Source: Candidatus Micrarchaeota archaeon
Lineage (GTDB): Archaea > Micrarchaeota > Micrarchaeia > Norongarragalinales > SBBD01
Length of the DNA: 21,617 nt
Reading direction: 5' to 3'
Assembly: GCA_038046605.1 (NCBI GenBank)
Contig: JBBSVW010000003.1
Span: 1 to 21,617, forward strand
Shown piece by piece: positions 16,633 through 21,617 of the stretch. The position numbers were made by a program, and so were the translations under genes. The notes under the pieces are model-generated. The model searched no databases. It saw nothing but the letters and a program-made list of their open reading frames with translations, and had not been told where the DNA came from. Each line of letters begins with the position of its first letter. Position 1 is the stretch's first letter.

Positions 16633-16698
16633 AGGGGGAGCGAACAATCCGCTCAAGGGGGATCCTTCCCCCGACGCGGATGGATATTGCGATCTAGA
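16616..16698 (+). repeat. 18-bp direct repeat duplicating the tfb 3' end, flanking a 47-bp GC-rich insert
   Basis: TGGATATTGCGATCTAGA occurs at 16616-16633 and again at 16681-16698. Confidence 0.9.
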
Positions 16699-16700
16699 TC

Positions 16701-16760
16701 CTTTCTTTTTTATTTTTTATTTTTCTTTCCCTTTTCTGATTCTATTCTTTCTTCTTTTCA
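16701..16760 (+). terminator. Oligo-T archaeal-type terminator after tfb
   Basis: CTTTCTTTTTTATTTTTTATTTTTCTTTCCCTTTTC pyrimidine tract. Confidence 0.6.
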
Positions 16761-17212
16761 AGGTATTTTCTCAAAAGGGCTATTTCCTCATCGATATGGT
16801 GCGCTCCTACCGAATCCCTTCCGCTTTTAGAAAGCATTTTTTGCCTTCCAAGTGTTGAGGCTGCATGATAAATCATCCCGTCAAACCCCGTTTTTTTGAG
16901 ATGTTCAAGTGCAATTAATTCCAATCTTGAGGCTAGTCTCCTTCTGGCGAGGTATCTTGTGGTTTCAAGTCCTAATCTTTCATATGGGTGGAATGATATG
17001 CCTAGCAAGTTGCTATATGGTGTCTTTTCAAAATTAATGAACCCCGCAGTTCGCTTCTTCTCGAATGGCAAAAACATTGCCCACGCTGCTTTGTCCCCAA
17101 TGAACATTGCCTCAGGCTCCTTTTGACTATCCTTTAATGCAATTACACGAAAAACATGGCGAGTGCGCTCTTCGGTATGTTCCAATAGGAATCCGGAATT
17201 TTTTACTGTCAT
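16742..17212 (-). CDS. Hypothetical protein, 156 aa, possibly a divergent GNAT fold
   Basis: ATG ORF with TATAAATA ~21-28 nt upstream. RRRLASRLELIALEHLKKTGF loosely resembles GNAT motif A. Confidence 0.6.
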   Translation of the reverse strand: MTVKNSGFLLEHTEERTRHVFRVIALKDSQKEPEAMFIGDKAAWAMFLPFEKKRTAGFINFEKTPYSNLLGISFHPYERLGLETTRYLARRRLASRLELIALEHLKKTGFDGMIYHAASTLGRQKMLSKSGRDSVGAHHIDEEIALLRKYLEKKKE

Positions 17213-17271
17213 GCAATTTTTTCAATGCCGGATATTTATATCCCTTTAGCCCTTATTCTGGTTGATAAAAA

Positions 17272-17823
17272 ATGATGCTCGAAACCGAAATCAAGCTCAG
17301 GGTGAAGGATCCCAAGAAGATTCGCGAAAAGCTAAGGGCAGCTGGCGCCCTCCACACCAAAACAGCCAAGCAGGTGGATGGCATCTTCGATTATCCGGAT
17401 GGCAGGATGAAAAAGAAGGGGGAGGTCATGCGCCTTCGCGTTCTGATCCCGATCTGGCCGGATGGGGAGCGGATTGCAATTGTAACACGCAAGGGCAAAA
17501 AAAGAGGTAAAGGCGCTGTAAAGGTCCGCACCGAAAATGAATTTGAAACTGATGATTTGAAGGGCGCACTTGAAGAGCTAAAAGAGCAAGGACTCGAAAA
17601 AAAGCTCGAATACATGAAGCAAACCGAATTCTGGACTCTGGGCAAAATCAAGGTCACCCTCGACCATTTCCCGCATTTTCCGGAGCTTGGCTATTTCCTG
17701 GAGCTTGAAGCTAGTTTGAAGGAAATCGAAAAGGGAATGAAGCTCCTCTCCCTTAGCAAAAAGGATGCGGTCAAGGAGACGTATCCGGAGATGATGTGGA
17801 AAATCCTAAATAAGAAAAAATAG
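17272..17823 (+). CDS. cyaB: CYTH-domain protein (class IV adenylate cyclase / triphosphate tunnel metalloenzyme)
   Basis: N-terminal ETEIK (ExExK), D..FD, MRLR, RTENE, VTLD and GYFLELE. Confidence 0.85.
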   Translation: MMLETEIKLRVKDPKKIREKLRAAGALHTKTAKQVDGIFDYPDGRMKKKGEVMRLRVLIPIWPDGERIAIVTRKGKKRGKGAVKVRTENEFETDDLKGALEELKEQGLEKKLEYMKQTEFWTLGKIKVTLDHFPHFPELGYFLELEASLKEIEKGMKLLSLSKKDAVKETYPEMMWKILNKKK

Positions 17824-17830
17824 TTAAAAT

Positions 17831-18190
17831 CTATTTGCATGAAAAGGAGCAAGTATATTCCGTTGCGCCCTCCATAGTTTGGCTTACCGAGAAAGTGCAA
17901 CGATAATTATCTAGTACTTGGGGATTGGCTGTCAAATATTCAGAACAAGCCATCAGGTCATTTGCGCCAGCGCTCTGACATATCTCAAATCTGCTGAAAC
18001 ATTCAACCCCTGCGGCAGCCTCGCAAACAGCCTTGCAGCCAACCCCAAGCGGCACGCTTTCTAGCCTTTCGCCTATGAAGGCAGGCTCATTTGGAATGGG
18101 TTTGGTTTTGAAAATGTAAAATGCGGCGACTAGCAGAACGATGCCTGCAATAATAATTATGAGTGCCGTATTTTTGTCTAAAGCCCGCAT
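17831..18190 (-). CDS. Membrane-anchored Cys-rich hypothetical protein
   Basis: Hydrophobic TALIIIIAGIVLLVAAFYIF followed by 8 Cys. GGTGA SD before ATG 18190, which overlaps the NAD kinase 3' end. Confidence 0.7.
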   Translation of the reverse strand: MRALDKNTALIIIIAGIVLLVAAFYIFKTKPIPNEPAFIGERLESVPLGVGCKAVCEAAAGVECFSRFEICQSAGANDLMACSEYLTANPQVLDNYRCTFSVSQTMEGATEYTCSFSCK

Positions 18191-18999
18191 TTCTTCTTCA
18201 CCTTCTCCCACAGGTTCTCATCATAAACTCGGATGAACTTCCCCGGGATCTTGCTCTTGTAAATCTCAATTGATTTCACATCCTCATCAATCTGGCCATC
18301 CACGGAAATCATGATTTGGCGGTCAAGCGGTTCCACATAGAAGTGAGTTTCAGCCGGGAAAACAATTGGATGATTAAGTGGGGAAAGTGGGCAAATGGGA
18401 GTAAGTGTGATGCTCTCAATTGTGGGGTAAATAATGGGCCCCCCTGCGGATAGCGAATAGGCAGTTGATCCGGTGGGAGTGGAAAAGAGCACCCCGTTTG
18501 CCGAGAACATGTCCTTTAACATATCCGATGTGACTTTCAATGTCACCAATCTGGAAACATTTTTTGCATGAACCGCTATTTCGTTCATGGCATCCGCAAT
18601 CTTTCCATCGTAATTAACTGTTAATTTCATCCTCTCCTCGATTTTGAATTTCCCCTCCAAAAAGAGCTTAAGGCCCTCCTGGAATGTGTTTTCCTCGAGA
18701 TTTGCAAGAAATCCCACCATTCCTGTGTTAATTTCAAGCTTTGGAATTCCCGGGTAGGTCAATTCCGCATTAAGGTAAGTGCCATCCCCCCCAACAAGAA
18801 GGATTGCTTCTGCTTTTTTGCGGAATTCCTTCTCCTCCAAATGATCCTTAAGCCCCAAATACCTGGCGCTTGCCTTATCGAAAAAAAGCTCGAAACCATG
18901 CTCCTCCTTTTGCCCCTCCAAATATGCAATCGCTTCCTTGGCAACACGCGCCGCGTGCTCGGTCCGCTTTGTCACAAATCCAATTTTCTTGAATTTCAT
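18178..18999 (-). CDS. nadK: NAD kinase
   Basis: VGGDGT, INTGMVGFL, AMNE, STPTGSTAYSLSAGGP and VDGQ. Confidence 0.95.
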   Translation of the reverse strand: MKFKKIGFVTKRTEHAARVAKEAIAYLEGQKEEHGFELFFDKASARYLGLKDHLEEKEFRKKAEAILLVGGDGTYLNAELTYPGIPKLEINTGMVGFLANLEENTFQEGLKLFLEGKFKIEERMKLTVNYDGKIADAMNEIAVHAKNVSRLVTLKVTSDMLKDMFSANGVLFSTPTGSTAYSLSAGGPIIYPTIESITLTPICPLSPLNHPIVFPAETHFYVEPLDRQIMISVDGQIDEDVKSIEIYKSKIPGKFIRVYDENLWEKVKKKCGL

Positions 19000-19100
19000 A
19001 TTGATAACCCCAAAAGATGATTTTACCAAATCGCCACTAAATTTTTATTCCTCCCGATTTTCCATGCGCCAATCCTTCCTTTCGTGCCAGCCAATTCTTT

Positions 19101-20753
19101 TTACGCTTCTTCAAAACCCTTCCCGTTTAGTAAGGCGCCGATATTTTTCACAAGTTCCGAAATTTTTATCCGTTTTTGGGCCGCCGTATCCCTCTCCCGG
19201 ACTGTTACCGTCCCATCCTTCATTGTATCATAATCAATCGTGACGCAAAATGGCGTTCCCACCTCATCTTGCCTTGCATACCTCCTCCCAATGCTTCCGG
19301 ATTCATCAATTTCAGCTGCGAATTTTGGCTTAAGCAGGGAAAATACCTCCCTTCCCTTTTCCGCAAGCCCGTCCTTTTTCATAAGCGGGAAAACAGCCAC
19401 CTGCACGGGCGCGATTTTGGCGGAAAGATGAAGGATGTTCTTTTTCTCCTCAATTGTTGAAATGGCATTTTGGCTTGGAGAGGCGGTGGTAGTTGCATGT
19501 GATCCATCCTTGCCTAATTCGCCAATTGCCTTTTGGCCATTTGCATTTGCCACAATTGTGGTTTCCTTCCCTTCCTTGATTTCAACCTTTTCCTCAAATG
19601 CATCAAGCAGCACGGTTAGAATTGCCCGCTCCAGCCCAAATGAGGGCTCAATTACAAACGGCAGCACTTTGGTTTTGCTGGCCTCATCAAAATAGGCCAG
19701 ATCCTTTTTGCTCTCCGACATATGCCGCTTCAAATCGTAGTCCCCCCTGTTTGCAATACCGGAAAGTTCCTTCCATCCCCAGGGGTAATTGTACTCAATA
19801 TCCCACGTTTCCGATGAATAATGCGAAAGCTCGGCCTTAACGTGCTCCCTTAATCTAAGATTTTCCTTCCTAATTCCTAGCGATAGGAACCATTTGTACG
19901 CCTGCAAAATCAGGTACGCGTGCCATTTGTTCCCGATCACCTTCTTATCCACAAGCTCCTTAATTGTGAATTTCCTCCCCGCCGTTTGCTTTTCATCCTG
20001 CATAGTTGCCCTCAAAACCGAAAACTCAAGCGACAAATCCTCCAATCCAAGATATTGGCATTCATCCATCTTTTTGGGGTTTATGAAATACTCGATTTCC
20101 ATCTGTGAAAATTCCCTGCACCTAAAAACGAAATTACGGGGCGAAATCTCGTTGCGGAAAGCCTTCCCTATCTGGGCAATCCCAAATGGCAATTGCTTTC
20201 TTGATGTGAACTGCACCGACCGGAAATTTGTGAATATCATCTGCGCGGTTTCCGGCCTCAAATATGCCGCAGCGCTTTCCTCCTCGCTTGCGCCAACGTG
20301 CGTTTTGAACATCAAATTGAATGGCTTGGCAACCTCCAAATCGCCCTTGCACTTCTCGCACTTAAGTTTGTGCTGCGAAAGCAATGAATTGATTGCCTCT
20401 AGGGACATGCCATCCACCGAAAGCTTCAATTCATCCTCAATTAGCTGGTCCGCCCGGAACCTGCTGTGGCATTTTCCGCATTCAATCAATGGATCCGTAA
20501 ATTCCTTTAAATGGCCTGATGCATTCCAAACCTGCGGGGAGGAAATGATTGCGCCATCCATCCCAACAATATCTTCCCTGCTTAGGACAAAAAAATCCCA
20601 CCAACTGCCTTCAATTTTTCGCTTTAATGCAGTTCCATAGTGCCCAAAATCAAAAAATCCCGCAAACGTGCCATAGATCTCCCCGCTTGGAAAGATGAAA
20701 CCCCGCCTCGCCAGTAGGGATACGACTTTTTCCATCCGGCTATCCTTATGCAT
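19101..20753 (-). CDS. glyS: Glycyl-tRNA synthetase, alpha2 (class IIa) type, with an insertion before the anticodon-binding domain
   Basis: RRGF..SGEIYG, YLRPETAQ, AQIGKAFRNEISPR, REFSQMEIE, VIEPSFGLER and GSIGRRYARQDEVGTPFCVTID. Confidence 0.97.
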   Translation of the reverse strand: MHKDSRMEKVVSLLARRGFIFPSGEIYGTFAGFFDFGHYGTALKRKIEGSWWDFFVLSREDIVGMDGAIISSPQVWNASGHLKEFTDPLIECGKCHSRFRADQLIEDELKLSVDGMSLEAINSLLSQHKLKCEKCKGDLEVAKPFNLMFKTHVGASEEESAAAYLRPETAQMIFTNFRSVQFTSRKQLPFGIAQIGKAFRNEISPRNFVFRCREFSQMEIEYFINPKKMDECQYLGLEDLSLEFSVLRATMQDEKQTAGRKFTIKELVDKKVIGNKWHAYLILQAYKWFLSLGIRKENLRLREHVKAELSHYSSETWDIEYNYPWGWKELSGIANRGDYDLKRHMSESKKDLAYFDEASKTKVLPFVIEPSFGLERAILTVLLDAFEEKVEIKEGKETTIVANANGQKAIGELGKDGSHATTTASPSQNAISTIEEKKNILHLSAKIAPVQVAVFPLMKKDGLAEKGREVFSLLKPKFAAEIDESGSIGRRYARQDEVGTPFCVTIDYDTMKDGTVTVRERDTAAQKRIKISELVKNIGALLNGKGFEEA

Positions 20754-20799
20754 AAAATCGGCTATCTCATTTGCGTTTTTGATGTTTTAAATAGTATCT

Positions 20800-21617
20800 T
20801 CATGCAAGGAGCTTCCTTGCCTCGCCCACCAGGTACAAAGAGCCGGTAATCAGGACCATCCCATCCCTGCCAGCGTCCCTGCTTGCGTAGGCAATAGCGG
20901 CCAGTAAATCCGGTTCGATTTTTATATTTCCACCCGTTGCCCTGTTTTCTTTCCCACCGGGGTTTTTACCCAGGCTTTTTGCCAATTCTTCCGGCTTTGC
21001 CGATCTATCATTTTTCGTCCTTGTGAACACAATCCCGTCTGCAAGCGGCGAAATCAATTTGATCATTTTCCCATATTCCTTATCCGCCATTATTCCAATC
21101 ACCAAAACCAATTTCCCCCTTCTTTTAAGGAAAATCCCCTCAAGCGCATTTTTCAATTTCGCCATCCCATCCAAATTGTGCGCCCCATCCAGCAATATTT
21201 TGGGCTTTCCCGGCATGATTTCAAGCCTGCCTGGCCATTTTGTATTTTTAAGCCCGCCAATTATTGCGGAATTGGGTATTTCCCAGCCCCTTTTACGCAA
21301 AGCAAGCGCGCTGGCAACCGCAAGCGCCGCATTTTCCAGCTGATGCATTCCTACGAGGGGCGTTTTCAACCTTTTTAGTGAAAATGCCCCTTCCCGATAA
21401 TCGAATATTCCGCCTTTTTCAAAAACGCTCCCGTTACTGATTTCAAAATCACTTCCCTGCAAATGAAGCCTTGCGCCCATTTCCTTGCATCTCCTTTCAA
21501 TCACCGAAATTGCCCTCTTCTTTCCCCCTGCGCAAACAACATCTGATCCCCGCTTGATTATTCCCGCCTTTTCGGATGCGATTTTTCCAATCGAATTCCC
21601 CAAATTTTCCATATGGT
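20800..21617 (-). CDS. folC: Folylpolyglutamate synthase / dihydrofolate synthase, 5' end outside the window
   Basis: HMENLG..I..IASEKAGIIK, HQLENA, WPGRLE, LLDGAHN, MADK and ITGSLYLVG. Confidence 0.93.
   Translation of the reverse strand, partial: HMENLGNSIGKIASEKAGIIKRGSDVVCAGGKKRAISVIERRCKEMGARLHLQGSDFEISNGSVFEKGGIFDYREGAFSLKRLKTPLVGMHQLENAALAVASALALRKRGWEIPNSAIIGGLKNTKWPGRLEIMPGKPKILLDGAHNLDGMAKLKNALEGIFLKRRGKLVLVIGIMADKEYGKMIKLISPLADGIVFTRTKNDRSAKPEELAKSLGKNPGGKENRATGGNIKIEPDLLAAIAYASRDAGRDGMVLITGSLYLVGEARKLLA

Noticed and set aside
16616-16698. Possible CRISPR mini-array
   Set aside because: Only two 18-bp copies, the repeat is tfb coding sequence, and no cas genes or leader are present.
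8466-17231. Recurring TCCGGC/GCCGGA in several intergenic spacers (near 8468, 12945, 15317, 17227)
   Set aside because: A short motif that is also frequent inside coding regions here; enrichment cannot be shown by eye.
19894-20640. 248-aa + strand ORF
   Set aside because: Antisense shadow of glycyl-tRNA synthetase, with Ser/Phe/Ile-rich composition and no motifs.

Overview
Archaeal chromosomal window, shown by TFB next to Gar1, GGTGA-type Shine-Dalgarno motifs and TATA boxes. A DPANN-like lineage is plausible but not provable from this window. In order it contains: the end of a Suf Fe-S cluster (3' end of sufD-like gene, sufS, thioredoxin-like gene, sufU/iscU), a class I methyltransferase, a lipA plus four-gene 2-oxoacid (pyruvate-type) dehydrogenase cluster, and an opposite-strand run larE-larB-larC(N)-larC(C)-lplB-lplA. 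That run encodes nickel-pincer nucleotide (NPN) cofactor biosynthesis and a bipartite lipoate ligase, with no larA in the window. Next come gar1-tfb, a CYTH protein, NAD kinase, glycyl-tRNA synthetase, partial folC and several orphan ORFs. Observations beyond the ORF track: three small ORFs (41, 48 and 47 aa); larC split by one in-frame TGA between A-runs; an 18-bp duplication of the tfb 3' end around a 47-bp structured insert; and ~40-aa extra segments in LipA and GlyRS that align with each other. No rRNA, tRNA, CRISPR array, transposase or integrase was recognised. All calls rest on motif recognition by eye, and no searches were run.
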